Assembly: GCA_964545475.1 (NCBI GenBank)
Contig: CAZJGG010000001.1
Span: 6,173 to 70,172, forward strand
Reading direction: 5' to 3'
Source of the DNA: an uncultured Eubacteriales bacterium
Lineage (GTDB): Bacteria > Bacillota > Clostridia > Lachnospirales > JAISER01
DNA: 64,000 nucleotides
The position numbers were made by a program, and so were the translations under genes. Of this stretch, positions 8,806-18,523 are shown piece by piece; position 1 is the stretch's first letter; each line of letters starts with the position of its first letter. The notes under the pieces are model-generated. The model worked only from the letters and a program-made list of their open reading frames with translations, was not told the origin of the DNA and searched no databases.

Positions 8806-9836
8806 AAGAAAGTATTGGATTTATAGCTGTAGGGCAAGGCGGTGGGAATATCGGCACTCTGCTTGAAAAAAACGACTATAACGTTTTATACCTCAACACC
8901 TCACTTGAGGACTTAGATACGTTAAAAACCTCGAAATTTAAACACCACATTAAAAACGGCGAAGGCTGCAACAAAGATAGGGATAAAGCAAAAGAACTTA
9001 TCATCGGAGATTTTGAAGCCATATCAGAGCAAATTAAGTCTAAGCTTCAGGAAGAATACATCTATGTTATTTTTAGCGCAGGAGGCGGCACCGGCTCTGG
9101 TGCTTCCCCAATGCTTGTTGACTTACTCATTAATAATACTAACAAAAAAGTCGGTGCTATAACTATACTTCCTGCAAAAACAGAGCCCCTCAAAACTTAT
9201 ATTAACTCTTACGAATGCTTTAAAGAACTTGAAAGCATTGAAAATATGTGCTGTACATTTATCCTAGACAATAATACCGGAGACAAACTTTCCATTAACA
9301 AAACATTTGCAGATTTATTTGAATCATTTATTGAAATACCACAATTTAAAAGCGTTAAGGGCAATATAGATAAAGCTGAAATTAAAGAGCTCTTGTCAAC
9401 CAGGGGAGCAGCCCATATATGCAAGCTTGGCAAAACAACCAGCTCAACACCACGGCTTATAAGCACAATTAAGGAAAACATATTTGCCCCTCTTGAGCCT
9501 GATAAAGTAATAAAATACATGGGCATTTCAACCGTGACCAACATTGATACTGATGCTCTCATAAAGGAATTTGGTTCATGCTTGGACATTTACCAAAGCA
9601 CAAACCAAATACATACCGTGTGTATGCTTTGCGGTCTATCATTCCCCTACTCTACGCTAGAAACCATAAAGTCCAAAGTAATGTCTTCGCAAGATGACAT
9701 TACCCGAAATTTAAAAGCCACACAAGAAAATAAACTTGATGATGATATTAATTTTGTTAATCGTATAACCACTAACTCTACTATAGCACCAAAATCTGAT
9801 ACAAAGGATATTTTTGCAAAATACCGGCGCAAGTAA
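8802..9836 (+). CDS. Tubulin/FtsZ-superfamily GTPase (TubZ/PhuZ-like)
   Basis: GQGGGNIG (aa 11-18) and the tubulin signature GGGTGSG (aa 94-100, nt 9081-9101), followed by ILP..T and DNN loops in FtsZ/tubulin order. Confidence 0.75.
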   Translation: MKESIGFIAVGQGGGNIGTLLEKNDYNVLYLNTSLEDLDTLKTSKFKHHIKNGEGCNKDRDKAKELIIGDFEAISEQIKSKLQEEYIYVIFSAGGGTGSGASPMLVDLLINNTNKKVGAITILPAKTEPLKTYINSYECFKELESIENMCCTFILDNNTGDKLSINKTFADLFESFIEIPQFKSVKGNIDKAEIKELLSTRGAAHICKLGKTTSSTPRLISTIKENIFAPLEPDKVIKYMGISTVTNIDTDALIKEFGSCLDIYQSTNQIHTVCMLCGLSFPYSTLETIKSKVMSSQDDITRNLKATQENKLDDDINFVNRITTNSTIAPKSDTKDIFAKYRRK

Positions 9837-9856
9837 AAGTAAGGAGGAATAGAATT

Positions 9857-10696
9857 ATGAACAAAACAAAGATAGATTGGTGCGATATGAGTTGGAATCC
9901 TGTTACTGGATGTTTACATGATTGTACATATTGTTATGCAAAAACAATAGCTAAACGGTTTGGAGGGCACAGTGATTTTGATTATTTTATAAACCATTTG
10001 GACGAAAAAGGTAATTATGTATCTGATGAATGCAAACTCCATGTTATTGAAGATGCAATGGTGAAACAAAGCTCGGATTTGGAGGGGCGTATCGCTCCAT
10101 ATCCATTTGAGTTTGAGCCTACATTGCATAAATATAGACTAAGTGAACCTCAAAGAAAAACTAAGTCTCAGAATATTTTTGTTTGTAGTATGGCTGATTT
10201 ATTTGGTGATTGGGTGCCGGACGAGTGGATACAAGAGGTTTTTGAAACTTGCGAAGCTGCACAGCAGCATAGGTATTTATTTTTAACAAAAAATCCTAAA
10301 AGGTATTACGAAAGCATAAGCAAAATAAGATTCCCCGTTCTTCAAAATTTCTGGTTTGGCATGACAGTTACAAGTAATATAGAGCTAATACGCAATTTTA
10401 ATAATCTAGAGAGAATGAAGCCTTTCAAAACCTTTCTAAGCATTGAGCCATTACAAGAAGACATTACTCGTTTTCATGATTATAAAATTACTTTCGATTG
10501 GGTTATCATTGGCGCAGAAACCGGAAACCGAAAGGGCAAGGTTATTCCTAAAAAAGACTGGATTGATAACATTGTTAGGCAGTGTCGCAAGTATGACGTT
10601 CCTATTTTTATGAAGCGTGGCGAAAAGCAAAAAGATGGTACATATTTTATGGAAAACTTAATGGGCGCAGATTTTGTTCAGGAATTTCCGTGGTAA
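9857..10696 (+). CDS. Phage Gp37/Gp68 family protein (DUF5131), three-Cys CX3CX2C motif
   Basis: N-terminus KIDWCDMSWNPVTGCLHDCTYCYA is typical of this family. C19-x3-C23-x2-C26 lies at nt 9911-9934. Confidence 0.75.
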   Translation: MNKTKIDWCDMSWNPVTGCLHDCTYCYAKTIAKRFGGHSDFDYFINHLDEKGNYVSDECKLHVIEDAMVKQSSDLEGRIAPYPFEFEPTLHKYRLSEPQRKTKSQNIFVCSMADLFGDWVPDEWIQEVFETCEAAQQHRYLFLTKNPKRYYESISKIRFPVLQNFWFGMTVTSNIELIRNFNNLERMKPFKTFLSIEPLQEDITRFHDYKITFDWVIIGAETGNRKGKVIPKKDWIDNIVRQCRKYDVPIFMKRGEKQKDGTYFMENLMGADFVQEFPW

Positions 10697-10710
10697 AGGA
10701 GGAAACAGAG

Positions 10711-11606
10711 TGATTGGCAATACTTATACATACAGAATATACGATACAACCATACTATTTACACACAAAAGTCGTATTGACTTTGATAAATTTAATCCAA
10801 TAAAATTTCCACATTACAAAATATTTAGGGATTCGCTTAATTTATTAGGTGCTAACGGCTTCTTTATTCAGCCGGACAAAACAATACCCCCGATAATAAG
10901 AAAGCACTATTTCATAGGGAAATATAAGGATTTAGAATTTAAAGCTCAGATATATCCTACCGGGCTTGAAATAACCTTCTTTCAAAATATTATTTGTGAG
11001 AATAAAAACGGTGGGCAGTATGATTTTGATAAGCTTCAAAAAATGCCCTACATGATAAGGCTTGAATTTATAAAAATCATTAATAAGCTAAAAGACTACA
11101 TGTCAATAGTTGGCGCTACTGACACGAGCGATAAGCATTATAAACTTGCCGTAGATAGAATTAAGCAAGATTATGTAAATAGTTGCCATAAGCCACAAAA
11201 AAACATGGACTTTGATTTAACAGAAATTCATGGAACAACATGCGACTATACTTATAACAACAAAGACCGTGACGGCAAAACTATTTACAACGGCGACATT
11301 AAATATTTTCGTGGTTACAATGGCGAGCTTCAAAGAGGCGTTGTATATTACGATTTAAATAGGAACTGGTATGTAATTATCAATAAATTTACATACAAGG
11401 TCGTGCAAAACTATAAATTATTTGACCCAACCGAAGAAGATTTTAAACGCCGTAGGGTTGCGACCGACCGAACTCCTAAAGAATATTTGATTAAAAAAGA
11501 GAAACTACAACAGGCAACATCAAGAGAACTGATTAATGAGCTTAAAAGGCGTGGAATAATTTGTAATTCTTTAAAACAAAAGAAGAAATCGGAATTTAAT
11601 GTTTAA
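10711..11606 (+). CDS. Hypothetical protein, coupled to the DUF5131 gene
   Basis: AAAGGAGGAAACAGAG RBS then GTG 10711. Coding-like composition. No motif recognised. Confidence 0.5.
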
Positions 11607-11701
11607 CGAGGAATTTTTATATTCTTTCAGCCAATGGATTAAGATGGCAAAAGAGGCGGTCAGTAATCTTGTGGAAATGCTCAACAACATCCAGAAAAGA
11701 A

Positions 11702-12079
11702 ATGAGCGTGAGAAGAAAAGTGGAGGAACTTTCAAATATTCTGAAGTGTTTAAGAGTTGGAGTAATAACAGACGAATATATTCTACAAAACCAAATAGCA
11801 GACCTACTACATACAAACAATATTTCACACACAAAAGAGTACAAGCTAGGTCGAGGCAGCCGAGTAGATTTTCTGACAGACAACGGCATCGCAATAGAAG
11901 TCAAGAAGGGCAAGCCCAACAAGCTTAAGGTATATGAGCAACTAATGAGATACGCTGAGTTTGAAGAAATTAACGGCATAATTTTGATTATAGAAACTAG
12001 CTTGCAAATACCAAACATTATAAACGGGAAGCCATGCCAAACTATTGGGCTTCGCAAGCAATGGGGGATAGCATTATGA
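11702..12079 (+). CDS. PD-(D/E)xK-type nuclease-fold protein (VRR-NUC/Hjc-like)
   Basis: RVDFLTDNGIAIEVKKG gives a D...E-x-K arrangement after an N-terminal acidic helix. ATGA overlap with the SNF2 gene. The start is uncertain (TTG 11669 or ATG 11702). Confidence 0.5.
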   Translation: MSVRRKVEELSNILKCLRVGVITDEYILQNQIADLLHTNNISHTKEYKLGRGSRVDFLTDNGIAIEVKKGKPNKLKVYEQLMRYAEFEEINGIILIIETSLQIPNIINGKPCQTIGLRKQWGIAL

Positions 12080-13812
12080 TACCTGCTCACATGCAGAAAA
12101 ATTTAACCGCAGATTATTATTATGGGGAATTAATAGCTGAGATTAATGCTAACATGGATATAGTCAACTGGATTATCGAGGGAGAGCCTATTGTTATACA
12201 AATGGCAAAACGGATTTTCCCAGGTTCATCCGGCAGAGGTGCAGGTATTGCAAAATTCCCAAACAGCAAACGCCTAATTAAAGATTTAAACTGGCTTATG
12301 CTTAAATATCCTCTTAAAATAAAAGATTTATCACATTGGGAAAGCGCATACAGCCAAGCATTAGACTACTCAATAAAGAAAAAATCCAACGAATTTATCA
12401 CCAAAACGACACCTTCTTTGGAATTTAAAGGTGAACTAAAAGATTTTCAAAAGCAAGGTCTTACGTTTTTACTCAATAACGACAGAACGCTTCTTGCGGA
12501 CGAAATGGGCTTAGGTAAAACCATTCAGGCACTTGCCTACCTTGCAAAAGAAAAACTATATCCTGCTATTATCGTCGCACCTCCTCACTTAATTAAAAAC
12601 TGGGAAAAGGAAATAAACCGCTTTGTTAGCTTACCGGAAACTGGTCAATTAAGGCTTGGAGAAACAAATACAGACACGTCAATCCACGTAATAAAAGGGC
12701 TTAAACCTTATGAGCTCCCGGAAGCAAGCATATATTTAATTCATTACCTCTTACTTAGGGGGTGGAAGACAGAGCTTCCTACTAGAAATTTTAAAGCTGT
12801 AGTATATGATGAAATCCAAGAACTAAGGCATGGAAAGACCGAAAAATATAGTGCGGCATCTTTGCTTTCCGACTCCGCTCAAAAAGTTGTTGGGCTTAGC
12901 GGCACACCTATTTACAACAGAGGAGGCGAAATGTGGCACGTGCTTAATATCCTTGAGTATCACTGTTTAGGCGACTGGGATAGCTTTACCAGGGAATGGT
13001 GCTATGGGTATGCCTCTGATATTGTCAAAAACCCAAGCATGTTAGGAGACTATTTAAAACGTGAGGGATTAATGCTTCGCCGCCTAAAGTCGGAAGTTTT
13101 AGAAGAATTGCCGTCTAAGCACAGGGTATTGCAAACAATTGACTTCGATAACAAAAAATATGGAGAATTAATCCAAAACGCTATCGAAAAGGCGAAAAGC
13201 ATAGATTTTATGACTGACCATTTTGAAAAAGGCAGAACCACACGAGATGTTGTCAATGAAACAAGACGGGCAATAGGTGTTGCAAAATCACCATATGTTG
13301 CGGAATTTATAAAAATGCTTTTAGATGCAGGGGAAAATGTATTGTTGTTTGCTTATCACCATGATGTGTTTGATATATACCGTGAGGAACTAAAAAGATA
13401 TTCCCCTGTTGAAATAACTGGAAAGCAAACAGCCAAAGAAAAGGATATATCAGTAACAAAATTTATGGATGGGGAAACTAATATTTGCGTAATAAGCCTC
13501 CGGGCTGCCGCCGGATTAAACCTACAAAGAGCAACTTGCGTTGTGTTCGGCGAACTCGACTGGTCACCGGCGATACACTCCCAAGCCGAGGATAGGGCGC
13601 ACCGCATGGGGCAAAAGGACAGCGTTTTGTGCTATTACCTTGTTGCGGAAGAAGGTACAGACGAAGTTATACAAGAGTTCCTAGGGCTTAAAGTGGCACA
13701 GTTTAACGGCATCATGGGTGACAAAGGAGAAACCGAGGAAGATAAAGTTATAGCCCAAGGCGTTGCTACAGAGCATATGTCTAGGATTGTTGATAAATTA
13801 AAAAAGAAATGA
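12076..13812 (+). CDS. SNF2-family DEAD/DEAH-box helicase
   Basis: LADEMGLGKTIQ (motif I), YDEIQELR (DExQ, motif II), SGTPIYN, AAGLNLQ, HRMGQKDSV (motif VI). Confidence 0.85.
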   Translation: MIPAHMQKNLTADYYYGELIAEINANMDIVNWIIEGEPIVIQMAKRIFPGSSGRGAGIAKFPNSKRLIKDLNWLMLKYPLKIKDLSHWESAYSQALDYSIKKKSNEFITKTTPSLEFKGELKDFQKQGLTFLLNNDRTLLADEMGLGKTIQALAYLAKEKLYPAIIVAPPHLIKNWEKEINRFVSLPETGQLRLGETNTDTSIHVIKGLKPYELPEASIYLIHYLLLRGWKTELPTRNFKAVVYDEIQELRHGKTEKYSAASLLSDSAQKVVGLSGTPIYNRGGEMWHVLNILEYHCLGDWDSFTREWCYGYASDIVKNPSMLGDYLKREGLMLRRLKSEVLEELPSKHRVLQTIDFDNKKYGELIQNAIEKAKSIDFMTDHFEKGRTTRDVVNETRRAIGVAKSPYVAEFIKMLLDAGENVLLFAYHHDVFDIYREELKRYSPVEITGKQTAKEKDISVTKFMDGETNICVISLRAAAGLNLQRATCVVFGELDWSPAIHSQAEDRAHRMGQKDSVLCYYLVAEEGTDEVIQEFLGLKVAQFNGIMGDKGETEEDKVIAQGVATEHMSRIVDKLKKK

Positions 13813-13825
13813 GGCATCAATAGTC

Positions 13826-14032
13826 ATGATAAAACAAAAAAATATCGGCGTTGACTGCCCTATGTGCAAACTCCCCCTAAATACATGGGACGAACGTTGC
13901 TCTAAGGCTTTGGGATATAAAGAATATGCGGCATGTGAGACTTGTCTTTGCAAGGAATACGGTAAAACAGAGGATGAATTTAGACGTATTATGGAATCGC
14001 ATTTTGGAATGAGACCTTGTATGGGGATTTAG
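13826..14032 (+). CDS. Small Cys-rich (zinc-finger-like) protein
   Basis: CPMC...C..(20)..CETCLC pattern. RBS GAGG. Confidence 0.45.
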   Translation: MIKQKNIGVDCPMCKLPLNTWDERCSKALGYKEYAACETCLCKEYGKTEDEFRRIMESHFGMRPCMGI

Positions 14033-14040
14033 GTGATTAT

Positions 14041-15165
14041 ATGGAACTAAATGAACTAACAAAGGTTATACTTACAGCAGGTTACAGTCCAGACGAAACG
14101 CCGCCATGGTGCAGAGAATACAATAAGTTTTATGGCGGATGGACTTACCATTATAAAATTGCTTATAGTCTTGTGTTTGAAACGCCGTGCGGATTGCTGT
14201 ATAAATTTAACACTTTGGGTATATACAGTTATCAGGGCGTTAATTGGATGCTTGAAAATAACAACCCTGTTGTATGCTGCCCAAAATTTGACAATGGAAA
14301 CTGTCTACTTAAAAATCCCTTACTTAAAACCAACAACTTGTCAAGCTCCAGCGGAACAATAAGAATGTGTGCTTGTCATTTAGCCAATAAGCCTTATGAT
14401 TATGAAAATAGCTTAGATAAGGCACATGATTTGGTTGACCAAGAAGCTGATAGCCTCTTTGAAGAATTTAAATTAGCTAAAAGTGGCAAGGTCTGCAAGC
14501 ATCACAGCACATATAACCGCACAGAGAAAAGATGGAGAATGCATTTTTACCCATTAACATGTGGCGATTGGTGTACATATTGTGATGTTTTAGGAAAAGA
14601 GCTTAACAGAAAAAAAGGCAACGTGTTTTATGACCTCAAAACAACACGTACTAAACCTGCAGAAGGTTTGTTTCCGTCAGAAACGGTCGTACATATTACA
14701 AAAGGGATAAAGTTTTTAAACGAGACAAAATCTTTAGATATATGTGCGATAATAGCAAAATGCGGTAAGCATCTAATTTATAACCATGAACGCAGTAAAT
14801 TACATAGAGATTTATTTACAGACAAAAGTTTTGCATTTAAGATATTAAATATAAGAGCAGTTCGTGTTGATAAAAGAGATATGCTACAAGACCTGCAGGA
14901 CGTTGCAAATGGGATCACAGTGAATCATAAATCTGACCTACTAAAAGTCTCAAAGGAACAAAAACGAGCTAGAAAACAGGCAAGAATAAAGCAAAAAATC
15001 AATAAGTATGAAAAACTTATACTTAGGATTGGCTTTAATAATCTTCCAGACCTGGCGCAAATAAGCTGTATTAAATGGCTAGGAGAGGAACGAATTGAAG
15101 AGATTGAATTTGTCAGGAGAGCAGAGAGAAGTAGTAATACGTTTGAGCAATTGACATTAGTTTAA
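14041..15165 (+). CDS. Cys-rich hypothetical protein ending EQLTLV
   Basis: AGGTG RBS. 374 aa with many Cys/His pairs. C-terminus resembles a degenerate clamp-binding motif. Confidence 0.5.
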   Translation: MELNELTKVILTAGYSPDETPPWCREYNKFYGGWTYHYKIAYSLVFETPCGLLYKFNTLGIYSYQGVNWMLENNNPVVCCPKFDNGNCLLKNPLLKTNNLSSSSGTIRMCACHLANKPYDYENSLDKAHDLVDQEADSLFEEFKLAKSGKVCKHHSTYNRTEKRWRMHFYPLTCGDWCTYCDVLGKELNRKKGNVFYDLKTTRTKPAEGLFPSETVVHITKGIKFLNETKSLDICAIIAKCGKHLIYNHERSKLHRDLFTDKSFAFKILNIRAVRVDKRDMLQDLQDVANGITVNHKSDLLKVSKEQKRARKQARIKQKINKYEKLILRIGFNNLPDLAQISCIKWLGEERIEEIEFVRRAERSSNTFEQLTLV

Positions 15166-15199
15166 AGCATCAAATCATTATATTGTTTAGGAGGCAAAT

Positions 15200-15373
15200 G
15201 TGAAAATTACTATCGAAACGGCTGATAACAAGTGTGTGGTCATTAAAATTGGAAAAGATAATATTAGAGAAACGCAAGCGGCTCAGAAAAAGAATAATAT
15301 CATTACGAAGAGACAAGCAGAGCAGATTCTAGAAAAATTAAGAAGCCCAAACAATAATGGAGGGATCAGATAA
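15200..15373 (+). CDS. Small hypothetical protein (57 aa, below the ORF-track cutoff)
   Basis: TAGGAGGCAAAT RBS then GTG 15200. Fills the gap exactly and stops 2 nt before the next start. Confidence 0.35.
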   Translation: MKITIETADNKCVVIKIGKDNIRETQAAQKKNNIITKRQAEQILEKLRSPNNNGGIR

Positions 15374-15375
15374 AA

Positions 15376-15633
15376 ATGAATGAGGTTGAAAAGGCTTTAA
15401 ATGGAATGAAAAATATTGCCGAATACTGGTCAATGCGCCCATCAGAACAGGAGGCAGCTAATATTGCCATATCCGCTCTTGAAAAGCAGATACAAAGAGC
15501 CTCCCTCACCATTAATGAAGCGGAGAATAAGTTTATATGCCCAAGCTGCAGTAAGACTATTGTATGGCTAGACGACAAGACAAGACATAAGCACTGCTTA
15601 AACTGCGGACAGGCGCTTAAATGGGGCGAATAA
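15376..15633 (+). CDS. Zinc-ribbon protein, hypothetical
   Basis: CPSC...(13)...CLNC four-Cys ribbon. GGAGGG RBS. Confidence 0.5.
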   Translation: MNEVEKALNGMKNIAEYWSMRPSEQEAANIAISALEKQIQRASLTINEAENKFICPSCSKTIVWLDDKTRHKHCLNCGQALKWGE

Positions 15634-15652
15634 ATAAAAGGAGCGAACTAAA

Positions 15653-16273
15653 TTGAGGTTAACAACTGAAAACCCGAAAAATAATCTTGAAACTGCCATG
15701 AATTATTGCTACATAAAGGATAAGTTGGCACATCTAAGACATGCTAGGGAAGGATATGATATACCATTACATACTTACACAATTAAACTCTGCCGTGAGC
15801 AAGGTTGCACTGATATACCACTTGATTGTACTTTAACTGATTTTATGGAACAAATAAACAAATTTATAGATTGTCCTGACTGCCCCGTCGCACAGATGTA
15901 TCACTTAGGCGCACAGGCTACAGATAACAATGCTAGGCTTATGGATTATGAAAACGCTTGCTACGCCGAAGATGGCATAGAAATTATTACCGTTGAGGAA
16001 ATCGCCGAGATTGTAAAAGCGAAGCAAGAGGAGCGGTTTATTCCTCCGTTGCCGTGCAAGGTTGGAGATAAAGCCAATGCGATTGTAAATCGTCCTTATA
16101 ACGGTCATAATTTAATAGTGACAGGAGAAGTAACGGACATAGCAACAATGATTAGGGTAAGGGATGGGTTTGATAGATATACTAATTTCTTTCTATCTGA
16201 TATTGGCAAAACAGTTTTTTTCACTTCAGAATCCGCCGAAGCCGAATTAAAGGAGCGTGGAATAGATGAGTGA
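15653..16273 (+). CDS. Hypothetical phage protein
   Basis: AAGGAG RBS with TTG start. Tight packing with neighbouring genes. Confidence 0.5.
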   Translation: MRLTTENPKNNLETAMNYCYIKDKLAHLRHAREGYDIPLHTYTIKLCREQGCTDIPLDCTLTDFMEQINKFIDCPDCPVAQMYHLGAQATDNNARLMDYENACYAEDGIEIITVEEIAEIVKAKQEERFIPPLPCKVGDKANAIVNRPYNGHNLIVTGEVTDIATMIRVRDGFDRYTNFFLSDIGKTVFFTSESAEAELKERGIDE

Positions 16274-16847
16274 TACAGAAAAAAACTGTAATTCGTGCAA
16301 GCTTGGTCTGTTTGGAAATTGCGATACATTAAAGAAAAACGAAGAATATCAAGAAATATGGAAAAAAGCAGAAATTGAAAAAAGATTTAGCGGAACATTG
16401 GAAGCCCATAAATTCAAGAATAACTTTATTTGTGAGCAATACAAAAGCTGTTATATTGAATACCCAATTACTGTTAGCAAGATAAATACTGATAGTGAAA
16501 TTTATACGTTAGGTAAAGACAGAATTGGCAAGTTTGCCAAGATACGCCCTTGTGGCGAAGAATATGGCAGCAAGACCTATTTAGGCCTGTTCTTAGGGGA
16601 ATTGCCAATAGGAATACATATAACGCATAATCCCGAAACATTGGAACTAAATGCGAGCTACAGTTGTAATCCAGCTATCTTTGTGTTTGACCTTAACAAA
16701 ATAGTTTACGGTTGCGAAAGTTGGTGGAGCGTGATTGAAAATGAGGGAGATTTGAAGCAAATAACGGATATTGATATTAACAATGTTTGGTATGTCAGGG
16801 CGTTAAATGCTTTACACCAAGCGGATAAGGAGACTGATAGCGAATGA
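16266..16847 (+). CDS. Hypothetical phage protein (N-terminal CxxC..C)
   Basis: Overlapping start/stop with the flanking genes. Confidence 0.5.
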   Translation: MSDTEKNCNSCKLGLFGNCDTLKKNEEYQEIWKKAEIEKRFSGTLEAHKFKNNFICEQYKSCYIEYPITVSKINTDSEIYTLGKDRIGKFAKIRPCGEEYGSKTYLGLFLGELPIGIHITHNPETLELNASYSCNPAIFVFDLNKIVYGCESWWSVIENEGDLKQITDIDINNVWYVRALNALHQADKETDSE

Positions 16848-17203
16848 ACAAAATAAATGTCTTAATGTCTTTAAATGACTTAGCCAACACGTGCGGCTAT
16901 TTCTTCAATGCCGAATTAACACCGCTAGACCCAAACGACGAAACTTTTTATCCCGGCAAGCAACCAAGCCCAAATAATGGCTACAATTGCCGACACTCAC
17001 AGCAAGAAGAAGTGCATGACGGTATAGGATGTTGCTACGGTTGGAGCTGTCCTCTTGAGAATGCTTTTGAAGCAGACGAAGAAGATTGCGATAAGTTTGG
17101 CTACGAGTATGAAAAAGGTGCATATATGCTTGTTGAAATTGAAGAAAGTGAGTTTGACCCTCATACCATGACTAAAGAAATAAAGGGGCGTGAAAACAAA
17201 TGA
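16844..17203 (+). CDS. Hypothetical acidic Cys-containing protein
   Basis: ATGA overlaps at both ends. Confidence 0.5.
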   Translation: MNKINVLMSLNDLANTCGYFFNAELTPLDPNDETFYPGKQPSPNNGYNCRHSQQEEVHDGIGCCYGWSCPLENAFEADEEDCDKFGYEYEKGAYMLVEIEESEFDPHTMTKEIKGRENK

Positions 17204-17670
17204 AAACTTTAACTATATGGCAACCGTGGGCAAGTTTGTTAGCCTGCGGTGCAAAACAATATGAAACAAGAAGCTGGGCTACAAATTACCGGGGTGAGAT
17301 TGCCATACATGCGGCGTTAAAAGATTTTGATACGTTAGGACTTGAATACGATACGGAATTTTGGGAAGCCGCCGCCACAGCTTTAAGCAATCCAGAACTT
17401 ATAGGATTGCCAAAAGGTTGTATTATTGCTACCGCTGAACTTGTAGAATGTTGGAAGATTACACATAGCGGACATACTATGGGAAGTAACAGAGCCGCAC
17501 GAATAGAGGGCGGTAAATTCGAGGGTAAAACAAACATTATTGATGGTAAAGAAATACTTTTCGGCGACTGGACACCGGGGCGCTACGCTTGGGAATTTGC
17601 CAATGTGCAGCTGCTATCAGAGCCCGTACCAACAAAGGGACGTCAAGGTCTCTGGGAATGGAATAGGTAA
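17200..17670 (+). CDS. ASCH (PUA-like) domain protein
   Basis: N-terminus LTIWQPWASLLACGAKQYETRSW..YRGEIAIHA matches the ASCH pattern. Confidence 0.7.
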   Translation: MKTLTIWQPWASLLACGAKQYETRSWATNYRGEIAIHAALKDFDTLGLEYDTEFWEAAATALSNPELIGLPKGCIIATAELVECWKITHSGHTMGSNRAARIEGGKFEGKTNIIDGKEILFGDWTPGRYAWEFANVQLLSEPVPTKGRQGLWEWNR

Positions 17671-17721
17671 AATACTGGGAAGGTAATAACTGTGATTAGT
17701 TAAGAGATTGGATGGGATATT

Positions 17722-17901
17722 ATGAAGCATGAAATTCAAATAATTACTAGGCTAATAAGAGACACTATATTTTTTATTCTTTTAGGTTTTTTAGTATACA
17801 GATGCAATATTAGCAATTGGTGGTTATTGCTATGTGTTTTGCCCTTCGTCTTTACAGAACAACAAACCGCCGGAAAAGAAGATAAAAATTTACAAAATTA
17901 A
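17722..17901 (+). CDS. Small membrane protein (59 aa), hypothetical
   Basis: Two hydrophobic segments. Followed by hairpin ggggctttcgcccc at 17905-17918. Confidence 0.3.
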   Translation: MKHEIQIITRLIRDTIFFILLGFLVYRCNISNWWLLLCVLPFVFTEQQTAGKEDKNLQN

Positions 17902-17974
17902 AAAGGGGCTTTCGCCCCAATAAACCCAATAACATTATAAACTTATTTACAATAAATGTAAAGGGGGCGAAAGC

Positions 17975-18505
17975 TTGATTTATTCAGAAATTGAATTAAA
18001 TACAGCAGAAGAACAACTCAGAGAATATTTCAGATGCATTACTTTTATTCACAGATTTAAAAATAAACTTGAAGTGCTTAATAAGCAGAGAGAATCAGTT
18101 AAAAAGGAACTTAATGATATTACGTTAAGCGTACCCGAGCAAGGCGTTTGCTATAATACTGTACAGGTGCAACACTCTTATAACGGTAGTACACAGGAAA
18201 AAGCCATTGATTTAGCTTATGCAAGATTAGAAAGGCAGTTAGATAAAATAAATGAGGAAATAACAAACGTTAATATTGATATAAGAAACTTCGAATTGGA
18301 ATCTTGTGACATTAGGTGTATATTAGATATGATGGATGACGATTCTAAAATGTATATTGAATTGCGATACGACAAAAAGAAAAGCAATACTCATATATCA
18401 CAAAAATTAAACTTTTCTCCTGCAACAATAACTAGGTTGCGCATTAAAATCCTTACCGCAATATGCAACTATAGGCACTATGAAAAAACAATGAAAAAAA
18501 CATGA
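17975..18505 (+). CDS. Late-gene transcriptional regulator, sigma-70 region-4-like / ArpU-RinA-type
   Basis: C-terminal HTH (SNTHISQKLNFSPATITRLRIKIL). Sits immediately upstream of the terminase genes. GGGGGCGAAAGC RBS with TTG start. Confidence 0.55.
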   Translation: MIYSEIELNTAEEQLREYFRCITFIHRFKNKLEVLNKQRESVKKELNDITLSVPEQGVCYNTVQVQHSYNGSTQEKAIDLAYARLERQLDKINEEITNVNIDIRNFELESCDIRCILDMMDDDSKMYIELRYDKKKSNTHISQKLNFSPATITRLRIKILTAICNYRHYEKTMKKT

Positions 18506-18523
18506 AAGAAATGTGAGCAATAA

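Noticed and set aside
11599-11928. ORF starting at ATG 11599 (ATGTTTAA overlap with the previous stop) that overlaps the PD-(D/E)xK gene in another frame; possible +1 frameshift fusion
   Set aside because: Its first 40 or so residues look protein-like. The rest (..SRPTTYKQYFTHKRVQARSRQPSRFSDRQRHRNRSQEG..) is typical out-of-frame basic junk, and I found no slippery site. I cannot exclude a sequencing or real frameshift near 11700-11730, so I annotated only the nuclease-fold frame with an uncertain start.
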